In this document: positions 47,646-60,140 of the stretch, piece by piece
How the letters are laid out: every line of letters starts with the position of its first letter
Numbering within the stretch: position 1 is the stretch's first letter
Assembly (NCBI GenBank): GCA_001949185.1
Contig: BDGG01000012.1
Coordinates: 364,973-428,972, forward strand
DNA from: Ramazzottius varieornatus
Lineage: Eukaryota > Animalia > Tardigrada
Direction of reading: 5' to 3'
DNA length: 64,000 bases
Translations under genes and position numbers: made by a program
Notes under the pieces: generated by a model
What the model was told of the DNA's origin: nothing
The model's input: only the letters and a program-made list of their open reading frames with translations
Databases searched by the model: none

Positions 47646-48457
47646 GAATCTGCCTTTGCGGCTCGGCGGCTACAAAACGGAGTCCGTGGACGCTGAACGT
47701 TAATGGGAAATCAGCGGCTATCAACCAGTAACCACGCAGACGATAAGGGAAGACGTCGCGAAGAATCCACTTCCGGTGACTTGCGAAGGGATTTCGCAGG
47801 TCCTTGTGTACTCGTAGTCTCGTACGGTACGAGTACTGTGCATGTTTGCGATTGCATTAAACTCGGGAAGTATGATAGATTCCTTGATTTTTTTACATTC
47901 AAAAGCTTGGCGTTTAGCAGGCCATGCAGTGTTTACGGAACCTACCTTGATTAAGTAAACAGCGTTGGACGGGTGATTCACCCAGTGTAATACTAAAACA
48001 CTCAACGGCTTCTTAACATCAAGTTACAACACGAAAACACGGCAATCAATCAAGTAAAATTTTTTATATTTTTTTGCCAGTTCCAGCCACTCTTGGCAGG
48101 TTGTACGAGACAATTGCGTTATTTTTGATATTAGGCTGGGTAAATCATCCGTCCATCGCTGTAAGTAAACATTTGAAGATAAGTTAGCTGTTCATTCCTC
48201 CGTTCTTGTCTTCCTTCCTGCTTCCGCACTCGAAAGTTCCCACACTTCTATATCCGTGGATACCTAACGGAGAAGTTCACCGGACAGCCTAATTGTCTTC
48301 AGATCCGTGTAAGTGGAACAGCTTTGCGTGCTGTAGTACCGATTACATTTGGAGACCAAGGAATCTTCCTATATTATAGGCTGCTAGATCTACATCTTTT
48401 CCCCAGACATTGTTTGATAACTTACCCACAAGACTTGGTGCACCTGCTGACGAAGTG

Positions 48458-49204
48458 ATGGCTTTGAGGAATGGTATCACATCGATGCTGCGCCAGGCTG
48501 CCATCGTGAAGCAGCACTGTCCAGCTTCCCGTCTGAGCACCACCACCACGATGCACCTAGACGCTAATAACAACGATCTAGCCACTCTGAACAAGACCAG
48601 ATTGGACACTACGGAAGGCAAGTCACTGAACGAGATTGGGCTTGGTCCTATGGACCGGACCAAGGACTTCGACACAAGGATAGAACTGGACGTTCAGGTG
48701 TGTTATAGGCTAGCCAATTACTAAGCCTCCCGTTATCCCATTTGAAATTACCGTTCCTGTTTTCAGGATGATCTGACTTCTTTTAACGGTGTACCGAAGG
48801 AACACACGAAAGGCAGAACTGTCCGGATCTACGTACCTGCTCGTAATCAGATGCAGTCCGCAACGAACAACAGTGTATGTAATTTTTCTGGATTACTGCA
48901 AAGAACCCGAATGCGCAATGAATATATAATATAATTATGGTCATATCTTCTACAGCATCTGTGGAAGCTGGATTTCGATGTACGGGAACGATGGGAGAAC
49001 CCGCTGATCGGATGGGCCTCCACTGGGGATCCTTTGTCCAACATGCAGCTCAATTTCAAGTCGAAGGAATCTGCGATCGCTTTTGCCCAGAAGAACGGAT
49101 GGGAGTTCGTGGTCGAGGAGCCTCAACCCGCGTGGCAGTACAAGCACAAGTCGTACGGGTACAACTTCTCGTGGAACAAGCGGACAAGGGTTTCGACCAA
49201 GTAG
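48458..49204 (+). CDS. NDUFS4: NADH dehydrogenase iron-sulfur protein 4
   Basis: Presequence-like N-terminus, [53 protein letters not shown]. Confidence 0.93.
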
Positions 49205-51008
49205 ATCCCTAGTTTCCTAACTCAGGTAGTCTGTGCATAAGATAGCCACTTGGTCTTGTGATTTATCTATCGACAGAAGATTAGTCTTGTTTGTATTAGA
49301 GAATTCGATCATTTCGATATGTCATAATGTCATCACCGTTTGTGCGTGTGTATACTGTATGCACATGATATATGCTAAGAGACTTCAGAGTAAAATGCTT
49401 CAGAGTATAGTATGAAACTGGGCTTTCTCCTGTGAAGTGGAATATCACATTTCCCATAAAAACCAGGGCTCGGTGCTTGATGCTCCAGTTTAACGATGAC
49501 GTTGGTTACCGATAATGGCCGAGAAGTACAGTAGTAGTAGAATTTCGAGTGAACCAGTTTTCCGTTCGTCTGGGAGTCGCTTGTCCAGCTGTCAAGACTA
49601 TGTCACAGTTGTCACCGTGTTCATGAACAGAAGAAGGAGCCTTGGCAGACGAGAACTTACTTCTTCCAGAGGTGCTCTTCTGATGCAAGACAGAACTCAG
49701 AACGTTTCCAGACGGATGACCCGACCCGGAAGTACACATAATATGTCCGGGTATATAGAAACGTATTCCATGTACGTACAGTATAGCTTGTTTCTTTCAT
49801 AAAGTGTATAAAATATACATTTCTATCGATAGGTCTAGCTACACCTTGGGCGGGTGCTTATCCCCGAAGAAGATGAAAATACATCGATTTTGTGCTTGAG
49901 CTCCCGACAGACGAGTTCTCCTTGATGTCTTCGCGAGGACGACGAATAGGCTTCAAGTAAGCGATCGGCACGATAATAAAAGACTTGAACGATGAGGTAC
50001 CGGAACTTGATATGGTTCTTCGGTGCTCACGTGCCATTTTGGCTGCAGGGAGTAAATTTCACGTCGGCGTTGAGTGATCAACACTTCCCTCGATCGGCAT
50101 CTAATCGGCCATGACCCTCATTTTTCTCGAGAATTTTCTCAGTAAATTGATTGTGGTATTCTCAACTCCTAGAATATCAAGATCGTGAAGCTTTTTACCA
50201 AAGTTTACGTGTGATGTCATGCCTTCGATCCTTGTCTCCGTGAATTCGTTGTTCGTTTCTATTTGGTAGACTGGCGCTCACGAGGGAAATGGCCGTGCGT
50301 TCTCCTGAGACTAACGGTTTTAAGGGTAGATACGAGTGACCATACGACAGAACCAAGGCGTCAACTTCGCAACGAGGGGTGTGATACTTCCGCCTTTAGT
50401 GTAAGCAGTGTCATTGGTGTGAGCCACATACTGTATATACGCGCTCTGAGTCCTCGGAATTCAGTCGAGGGCCCGGTTTTGTACTGTATGTACGCGAGAA
50501 CGGAGAGGCGTGCGGAAAAAGCAATCCATGTAAACGTTGGGCGATTACCAGCACTTATGGAGCCGTGGGAAGGTTATCGGATTCCGAGCGTGCTCGAAAA
50601 GAGTGCGAGTTATGCATTTGCCAGCAGTTTTCCTTGTGAATGCTTCACTGTTCAAAGTCCGTAAGCGCGATGTCTCGAAAATTGTCAACGTCTCAAAGTT
50701 TATTTGCTCTCCAGGAGTGTGACACAAAAGACTTAGAGGCTGGGATTGAAACATCTGTAACGTCTTGTGGCCATTAGACGCAGCCGACGACGACATTTAA
50801 CCAAACAAAACTGTTGCATTCCATCCACCATTTCTCCGGCTGTTCATCATTCGATATATTACTTGAAGGATCGCGACGATGATCGTCTTTGCACTTGAAA
50901 CGGTTCAAGGTCGTCAGCAGTCCACATATCCTTTTCCTCCACAAAACTTCCGTATGCAGCTTTTACTTCCGGGTTTTGACGGGGATGTTCAAGGTTAGAG
51001 CCTTCAAG

Positions 51009-51804
51009 ATGACGAAAGCCAACAAGGAACCCAGCGAAAAACAAGTGGCGGAATTCAAGGAATCCTTTGATTTATTTGACCGAAATGGTACGTTACATTA
51101 TTACAGCTTTGAACATGGAAAAATGATTTGAACACGATCGTTCTCCAAGTGATGTACACTTTCACCCAACGGTAGCGACTACTGAGAACGTGCGCCACTT
51201 GAGAACTCGACGAGATCGACCTCCCAAGTGGCGCACACTCCCAGCCAATAATCACGAAAGCGTGCGCCTCTTGACATGGCGTTTACGTCTGAGTCAGTCA
51301 CGGTCGTCTTATATCACGATTTTTGCTTCCGGGTTCAGTTCAGCGAGGAGTTTGTTCTTTAAGGTGACCGGTACATCACCATTAAGGAACTTCAACATGT
51401 TATGGAGCGACTGGGATTCAAGCCGACGCCGAACGAACTGAAGAGCTTCATGGACGAGGCGGACTCTGATCGTAACAGCGCACAAGTACGTTAAAGATCT
51501 TACATTGGTTTGACTTGTTGATTTTGCAGGGAATGGGAAAATTGATTTTATGGAATTTCTGTCGGTAATGAAGACAAAGATGCATGAGATGATGCGCCTC
51601 GAGGAACTCCAGAAAGCCTTCCGGGTATTTGACCGGAACGGGGATGGGAAGATCAGTCCCAATGAATTGCGGACTGTGTTCCAAAGCCTGGACCAACATT
51701 TCGAAGAGGAAGAGATATCGGAGATGATTACGGTGGCTGATTCGAACTTTGATGGCTACATTGACTTTGACGAGTTTATTGCTTTGGTGAGATCGGGCTT
51801 CTGA
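51009..51804 (+). CDS. Divergent calmodulin-like protein with four EF hands
   Basis: QVAEFKESFDLFDRNGD, DSDRNGKIDFMEF, AFRVFDRNGDGKIS, DSNFDGYIDFDEF; two introns. Confidence 0.85.
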
Positions 51805-52677
51805 CTAGTTCAAACATTCTTACTGTGATATCGAACATTTCCACTGGAGACCTTTATTGATATGAGATTCCAGCATTTAGGAACAAACTTACATGCTGAA
51901 AACTCATAAACTTTCACCAGCGTTCATTCTTGTTGCATGGTCGGCATATAGGTTTAGTTATTTATGGCTTCCGGGTCCCGGAACTGAAGTAGAGCGAAAG
52001 ATCGGCTTTCTTCTTCGCAGTAGCACATGTCACCAGCGTGTGGTGGTTTCTCTGTTTCGAGAAAAATGTGTGAAGCCACCGAGCGAAGCGCAGATTATTT
52101 TTACACAATTTATGTTATCTTTGGAAGAGGACGAGGAGTACGCGAGCTCGGAGGAACTATGCGTGCAACAGTCACCCGTACTGTGATAATAACACTGACG
52201 CCCAAAATTTGTTTAGGGACTCTTCCGCGTGACTACACTGGCTAGCATCAATCAAACCATATACGCAGAATGTCAGACGATTATACGCTTTAATCCCAAG
52301 GTGGCTCATAAAATACATGAGCAGTGTGGGACGAAGACCCTCACGAAGAACCCTTTGGTCACTCTGAAACAGTCTGAACAGGATTGAGTGAGACATCATT
52401 CATTTCTATAACAAAATTTTCCAGTGCCAGCTGAGGAAACTGTAAAACTTTCGAGCAGACCAAGAAGCTACGACAAAAAATTTAACACAGAGCATAATAT
52501 GGAAACGTAGCAAAAAACTAAAAACCCAGCGAGACACTACAAACAAAAGTTCTGTCGGAACTGCCTGAAGAGAGAAAGGCACTCCAAAAGGGCTTTGAAA
52601 CCTCGGTAAATCATCAAGGAAAAGAGATTCGTCGAGCTGGAAAAATGCTTCTGCTGCACAAGTACCGTGGGAAGAGT

Positions 52678-54640
52678 TCAAGAGAAATCGTCTTGAGTCA
52701 ACAGGTCCGATTCCACTGCGTTCTTCTCCTCGATGGTGGCTAGAAGATGGTCGCTCTGTTCGGTGGTAGCACTGTCCGGCGTCGGTTCTTTCAAGCGACG
52801 TCTCGGAGAGTCAGCTGCCATTCGGCGAAGAGGTGAGGGCTTGATGGCCAGTCGGGAAGGGCCGTTCTCCTTGGGGACCGAAGAACGAAGCTGACGCTGC
52901 GGAGTGAGACGGGAGAGGTCGACCGGAGTAACCTCGCGACTACGCCGGTAACGACTGGGAGTGCCGTTCTTGTTCCCCTCATAGTCGGACTCTTCATTAA
53001 TGTTTGGCAGGTTGGGATAGCGCATGGATGAGTCCGGGGCGCGTTCTCGGGAAGGAGTGATGCTGTCACGGACCATGGAAGAAGCTCGTTCCATCAAATC
53101 CTTTACCTTCCCTGCAAATAGGAAAACCAAGCGTGAAACTCTGAACTTCCCATGTGAAACTTGAGCAACAATCTCGGTTTTCAAAGTGGCGCATGCTTCC
53201 AACTGTAACACAAAAAACGTGCGGCACTTGGTGGAAGAATCTTGCTCAGTTTTGTTCTCTGCGCTCCCACAACATTCTAGTTTTGATTCTGATGATTTAT
53301 CTCACCGTTTCTAGTCATCGATTATTTCGAGCTTGCAATATGAAAACGAATTCAGTTTACAAACCTGCAACGCCATTTGCACCATCAACTATCTCCCAAG
53401 TTCCGTCTCGCGTGGCGATGGCGCCCAGCAGATCCTGAAGCTCCTTCTTCATTCCCCCGATCTCCAAACGAATAGACAGAATCTCATCTTCGTAGCTGTA
53501 AAAGAAGTAAGCCAGGACCCCAACAGCTAAGACCACGAAGATGCGGCGGATCATCCAAGCTTCTTCATGGAGGAACTGCGAGATGAGGCGCGCATCTGGC
53601 ATCCGATCAGGCTCACTCTCGAAGTCTGCCAAACGTTTCTGTTTCAACCCATATTCAAGCACCGCGAAGGCACCAAGAAGAAGAGCCAACCACACGCGAG
53701 CCTCTGAAGAACGAAAACACAAATTACTTACTAACATCAGCTATTTTTGGACTATTTCTCACTTCCGGTTGGAACAATAATCCGAATATTCAACCAAAAT
53801 TTTTCTGGACTTACTTTCAGTTCTTCGAATTCCCGTGAGCATCCATATCCCCAAAGCTGAGAAGAAATAGAAGATAGTGGCCCAAAAGCCCGTAAAGCCA
53901 TCGATGAAGTAACTCTTCAGCTCGGATATTCTATCGGCGATGTCTGCTATCCAGAACCGCTGTTCGATCGTCGCCTTCTGTAAATCTTGAAAATTAGCCA
54001 CTAGAGCACGTTGCTGAGCCATCAGCGTCTCGTTCAGGCGTTCGTTATGCGCCACCAACGCCTCCGAATGAACCAACGCGTTCTTCTGTGTATCGAGGAT
54101 GGTCGACTGGAGCTTCTGCGACTCCACCAACTGCGACGTGACTCGTCCTGACGCGTCCATCAGTCGGTTGACTTTGTCCTCCGCCTGCCTTTGCCATTCT
54201 TCCGATGTCAGGTAGAAGCAGATGTTCTGTGTGTGGGTGAAGAAGCTAAGGTAGGAGCTAAAGAAGTTGGGCTCGAGAACTTGTGCGCGCTTGATGCAGT
54301 CTTGAATCGATTCACCTTCCTCACACGAACATATCTTCATACCTGACTTCTCTAGGAAGCAGTTAGCGAACTGCATGGCCAATGTCATCTGGACTTCTTC
54401 GGTGAGGTGATGGCAGTCGCGTTGAATGGACTGGAGAGCGGCTGACCAGCATGTTCCATACTGGGGCATCTTGGCGTATTTCACCACGGTGTTCCACTCG
54501 CTCTGACCCGCTTGAACGTCCATAGCGCTGGGATGAACGAAGGGGATAGACTCTTCCTCTCGATCATCGTATTCGACGCCGTCCCACGCGATGGAGAGGT
54601 GGAAGATAAGTAGCAGAACTAGAACGCGAAGACTCCGCAT
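52678..54640 (-). CDS. Brambleberry / GEX1 / Kar5-family nuclear-fusion membrane protein (exons 54640-53815, 53703-53365, 53111-52678)
   Basis: Signal peptide, Cys-rich domain (CWSAAL...C...LAMQFANCFLEKSG...C...C...FFTHTQNICFYL), coiled coil, three TM segments, disordered tail. Confidence 0.75.
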
Positions 54641-55142
54641 TTTGGACCGACCTGTAAAAACAGCAAAAGCGCACGATGTTGTGAAATACTTCACGCGGTC
54701 CCGTAGTAAAACAACTTGACTACGTACCAGCGGGTCAGATGACAGAGATGTCCACTGTCCAGGAGTCTACGTCCTACAAATCTTTGTCAAAAGACGGGAC
54801 GACACAAGAAGGATGCGAGAACACCAGCAAAGTGTCAGAGTAGATTGACGTTGGCCGCGACAAAAAAAAGAAGCGACAATCGTCTGGTTGATACAGAGAA
54901 CTTTTGGCACAATCATCCAGGTTTTGTAACTGCGTAGCAGCGCTTACTCGTCCGAACAGCAAAACAAAGCGGAATCGGGCAGTTTCCCTGTGTTCAGTAA
55001 CAAGTCGAATTGATTGTACGTTGTTGATTAGACTTCTGGTTGAATTCTCTCGTCTTTCGGATTGTTGTGGTTTTGCTTGTGCTTGATTGTGGCTCTGTAG
55101 GTACCTCGCACCTGGAATAGCCTAATTACTCGAGGAATCACG

Positions 55143-57632
55143 ATGGGGAAGAAGCAGCATCAAAAGGATAAGCTGTACTTGACGACAACAGAATGGAGCA
55201 CGACATACGGAGGTCGAGCAGCGACACTGGCCAGTCTTCCTGGACAAAGCACGTTCCTTCGCTTCAAAAGGATACCTTTCGACTGCTGTGCTTTGTCACT
55301 TCAACCATTCGAGAATCCCTACATGTCTCCAGATGGTTATGTTTTCGATCTAACGTGAGTACAAGATGTGTATCGTTCGTTAATAGTTGAAACAACGAGT
55401 GGAAAGTCAATTAACAGGGGCAGTTAACGGTTCATGTACCTACATACAACTCCACCGTAAGATCCTATACCTTTGTGTACGTAGGTACATGGGAACCGGG
55501 TGTGTAGTGTTGCATCTAGGCATCTAAAGCTGTTCGTGGTTATGAACATTTTCCGCGTTACAGGAACATTCTGCCATATGTAAAGAAGTACGGAACTCAT
55601 CCCGTTACCGGCGAGCCTCTTCATGCAAAGTCCCTGATCAAGCTGAACTACTTCAAGAATTCCGAAGGTACAGCCGAAACAAAACATCGTTGTGATATAG
55701 TAGAAGATCGTTCTAATTGCAAGGTTCGAGAATCATTACTTTTCTTAAAGGAAAATACCACTGTCCTGCTGTCTACAAGCCTTTCACCGAGCATACCCAC
55801 ATAGTGGCCATCAAGACAACCGGCAACGTCTTCTCCTACGAGGTACCGTACAGCCGCTGCTTTATGTACGAGTGATGGTTTATCACCTAATAGTGACGCT
55901 CCATGCATGATGCGTTTGCTTATATGTCAGGGTGTTGAGACGCTGAACCTCAAACCGAAGAACCTCCGCGACCTTATCAACGATCAGCCTTTCGCGAAGA
56001 CCGACATCATATCCCTCCAAGACCCGAACAACTTAGACAGACTCAATTCGGAAAACTTCCATCACATCAAGAACAGCCTCAAAGCTACAGCCACTTCCGG
56101 TATGTCCAGATTTCGGATGAGTATCAGTGTACTGCCATATTGTCCAAATTTTACTTTCTAGCTGCCACTGCTGGACCTTCTGCCGAACTCAAAGGCATCA
56201 GTGTGGAAGCTAAACAAGCCTTGGCCGAACTCAAGAAGGACTACAAGAAACCCACAGACTCTTCGGTAAGTGACCGCAGCGATCTCTGTTAGGATACTTC
56301 AAAGCCTCGACTTACGTTTGGAGCTTCTACTTCTGCTTGCAGTTATTCCGAGACACAAGAGTGGTCTTTCGACAAGCTGCGACGGACAGCGTTAATGCGG
56401 CAAACTACTCTACCGGCCATGTGGCGGCAGGCTTCACCTCTACCGTCATGGAGCCCGTCACGTACCAGACAGCAGGTAAGCCTTAATATCCTTGTTTTGT
56501 GATCTCGAGAGCCACGAAGTTCACTTATATAAGTGTGATGTTTTCTAGCGAGACTTGACGACGAAACGATAAGATACGACCGAGTGAAAAAGCGCCAGAA
56601 GAAAGCATATGTTCGCCTTATAACGAACTTTGGGTCGCTGAATCTGGAACTACACGCTGACCTGGTGAGTGACAGAAAGCTTGACTTCGGTCCTCTAGCG
56701 AGTGTGTGGAAATCAATAGATTAATACTGAGTGTTCTGTTAGGTGCCGAAGACCTGCGATAACTTCATCAGGCACTGTCGAAGTGGATACTACACCAACA
56801 CGATATTCCATCGACTAATCAAGAACTTCATGATACAAGGCGGGGACCCAACAGGAACGGGCAAGGGTGGCGCGTCAGCGTTCGAAGGCGGGAAAGAGTT
56901 TGATGATGAACTTAAGACTGGCTTGAAGCACGATGTCCGAGGAATGTTGTGCATGGCCAATTCCGGACCCAACACGAACAAGTCTCAGTTCTTCATTATC
57001 TTCAGGTGAGTAGCTTTTCCTATGCATGTGAGCTACGCGAGGATGAGATGTTAGGGCTCTTTCCTTGATAGACCGCAGAAGCATCTCGACGGAAAGCACA
57101 CAGTCTTCGGGCGAGTAGTTGGTGGACTGGACGTGCTTAGTAAGCTGGAACAAATACCGGTGGACGATAAAGACAAACCGACACACGTGAGTGTAGTGAA
57201 TGCCTTTGGGGCTCAATAGTCTGTTAGGTATTGTCATGGTTCTTTCAGCGAATGTCGTTTTTTCGCAGGATATCAAAATTCTAAATGTTGAGATTTTCCA
57301 AGACCCGTTCACCGATGTCGAGAAGGAGATCGAGGCTGAACGGAACGCAAAAGTTAACGCGCTGGAGGAAGAGCTACGGCGAGAGCAAAGCGAGAAGGTA
57401 GCGGAAAGGAAACGAGTCAGGGAAGAGAAGCTGTCTAAGGACACCACTGTCGGGAAGTACCTCAAGCGAAGGTGAATTCGGTGTGCAAGTGCGTCTCGTC
57501 GTCTGGGAAATTATAAAGCTGTTATTGGTTTTCAGTGCAACGGGAAGTCGGGAAGACGACGATCTAGTCCCACGAGAAACTGCCGAGAAGAAAGCGAAGA
57601 AAGCCAGCAGTGGAAGCTTCAACAATTGGTGA
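55143..57632 (+). CDS. PPIL2: U-box cyclophilin PPIL2 (Cyp60)
   Basis: [76 protein letters not shown]. Confidence 0.95.
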
Positions 57633-57996
57633 CAGTTTGTGTTTTTATCTTGAACATATCTTTTAGTCTGAGAATTGTCGGAGAAGTCTTTTCCGCCGCT
57701 TCCGGCTAGTTCGACATGGAATGAAAGTGCGTCGTTTATCGCCTTGCGACTTTTGTCAGCCGACACGTGCAACAGTGCAGTAACGATACGATTACACCGA
57801 TCTGCTGCCATGAGGTTTGTGAACACCGATTAGAATGAACGAACATAAGGAAATGGCAATAAACATAGAGGACGGTGGAGAACCAAATGTGTACCTGCTG
57901 CCAACAGTTTGATTAACTTAATCAGTATCTTAATGTACACAGCTGCACAACAGCTCTAATACAGACACTATAGCCATTAGTGAATAGTGCAATCTT

Positions 57997-58061
57997 GAAA
58001 CGTTGTGACATCCGGTAAGAGGCGGCAAAATGCTTTAACCAATACCTTCATATAACGCTTC
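57997..58061 (-). promoter_or_regulatory. SECIS element (type II) of the selenoprotein W gene
   Basis: Minus strand GAAGCGUU-AU-AUGAA-GGUAUUGGU-UAAA-GCAUUUUGC-CGCCUCUUACC-GGAU-GUCAC-AACGUUUC: 8-bp helix I, AUGA/GA quartet, helix II, apical AAA with a mini-stem. Confidence 0.85.
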
Positions 58062-58115
58062 GTAATCGACGGTCCACTAGTGACTGAAACCACAAACCAT
58101 GGTTATACTGTAGTA

Positions 58116-60054
58116 CAGTGTACGCCAATATGGTCACCCGAAACTGGGCGGACTTTTTGGGCGTCAGCCAAGCCGCAGACGACCAGTTAAAAACCAGGAA
58201 AAGCGATCTGGTTGATTAGACATAGTTCATTAAACCTAAATAGGCACAGCTGATTGCTAATGAACCTGTTGCGCAACAGCCGGTAGTGCGATATACTGAG
58301 CTGTATTACCGAGCGATCCTTTCGGTCGCAAATTCTGATATCTTCTCGTGAATTCAAGATGGTTCGTGGTATACCAGTGGACCCAACCCTTGTCAGCGTT
58401 GTTTTCAAGTTGTTTTCAGAGAAAAACAAGAATCTGAGTGCTGTCGGTCGTGTGATGGGGAAAAACCACAAGTGGGTGAAGAACGTCATCGAGAGTTATG
58501 ATCCCGAAACCAAGAAGCGGAAAGTGGTGAAACCCAAGGGACGACCTCGTATCACGAGCGGGGAGCAGGACGCCGAAATGCTTGGGCTCGTTCAGGCAAA
58601 GCGGGAGCTGAGTGCGGCCAAGATCGCCGTTGAAACTGGACTCGCCCACCGGACGTTGCTGAACCAGCTTCGTGAGTTTAAGACTCGTCGATCCAAAGCT
58701 GTTCTCGACGAGTTAACCCAGGAGCACAAAGACAACCGGGTGTTCTGGTGCTCGTTCCAGCGTGAACAACTGCTGGAAAACCCTACCCTGTTCCATGATG
58801 TGGGTTTTAGTGACGAAGATCGTTCAACTTGCACGGTGGTAAGATCGAGGTAAATAATATTAACCTTCTGAAAATCAGTTCGTTTGACCTTCTAAATTCA
58901 TGAATCTCTGCTCTCGAAATTATTAAGATCTTCGAGAAGCAAGTTTGTCATTCGGAACCATTTTTCAATTTTTTGGTCAATTGTTTAAGGCTTTCGTCGA
59001 AAACGCAAGGTGCCTGTTAAATTTAACACGTTAACGCGTTAAATGAATCTGCTAAATTCGATCTACTTATCACTTATCGTTGTAGTGCTGGTACTTGAAA
59101 GAGGAAAACCGTCACGATAAAGACTTGCAAGTCGCCGTAGCTACGCGCATTAAAGGCGGGATCATGTTGTGGGGTGCCATCACAGCATGTGGACCTGTAG
59201 CGTTAATTCGAGTTGACGGTCGAATAGATTCGGGCGCCTACGAAGTTTTGTTCGAGCGACTACTTCCGTATCTTGAGAAGCATGGTCGGGATTTAGTGTT
59301 CCAGCAAGACAAGTGTTTAGTGCACACCTCTAGACGGTTGGGTCAATTTTTCTGGCGAGAAGGAATAGAAGTACGCTTTTTATTAAACAGTATTTTAATA
59401 TTTCTGTTTTCAATTTTTAAATTTACTAGAGCAGACCAATCGGTTGTTGAATCGAGCGAAAACGTTGCGGAAGGGTGCTAGGCGCGAAGGCGGATGAGCG
59501 GACTCAAAGTTTGTTTCTCGTAAAACAATAGTGCTTTTTATCTGATACGCCCATGTTACACAATACATCTTGTTTTTGGATAAACATAAGTACACAAATT
59601 TTTTGTACTTGTAGGTGTTGACATGGCCGTCTAGATCGCCAGACCTCAATGTCATCGAGAATGTCTGGGGAAAAATGAATATGTATATCTGCGATCGAAG
59701 ACCGAAAGATCTTGAGGAGCTTGACACTCTAATTCAGGAAGCATGGAAGGTAATTGTTACTCCCGAGTACTGCAGCAACCTGGTGAGCTCGATGTACAGC
59801 AGAATGACTGAGTGTATCAACAGCTCCGGTGCTCGCATCCCTTACTGAACTCATAATTTCATTTTCGGTTGTCTTTCGTGTTTTACCTCATGAGATTTCC
59901 TGTTTTATGGTATACGTTTCTGTTTTACTGTTAGTGTTCTGCTCATTGTAAAATAAATAAATCCAGCAGTTGGCTGTTGTTCATTGGTTATCGGCGTTGT
60001 GGTTGACGCCCAAAAACTCCGCCCAGTTTCGGGTGACCATATTGGCGTACACTG
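58116..60054 (+). mobile_element. Tc1-family DNA transposon, 1939 bp, with TA target-site duplication
   Basis: ~50-bp TIRs cagtgtacgccaatatggtcacccgaaactgggcgga..., TA at 58114-58115 and 60055-60056. Confidence 0.95.
58359..59848 (+). pseudogene. Tc1 DD34E transposase with two introns and a frameshift (exons 58359-58849, 59086-59370, 59615-59848)
   Basis: GRPR motif, FSDE, IMLWGAI, FQQD, WPSRSPDLNVIENVW; 34 residues between the second D and E; 1-nt deletion near 58823. Confidence 0.85.
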
Positions 60055-60140
60055 TACTTTGATAACAGGGTTGATTCAGGGAGTCAGCGACTTCCACTTC
60101 CGGCTTACCGACAGTGCTAATTAGAGCCGAAATGAGCTGC

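Noticed and set aside
49500-50800. Possible small gene between NDUFS4 and the calmodulin-like gene
   Set aside because: No consistent exon chain or recognisable product could be built.
60057-60140. SECIS immediately after the SelW stop codon
   Set aside because: No AUGA...AA...GA stem-loop in this interval; the convincing SECIS lies beyond the transposon.
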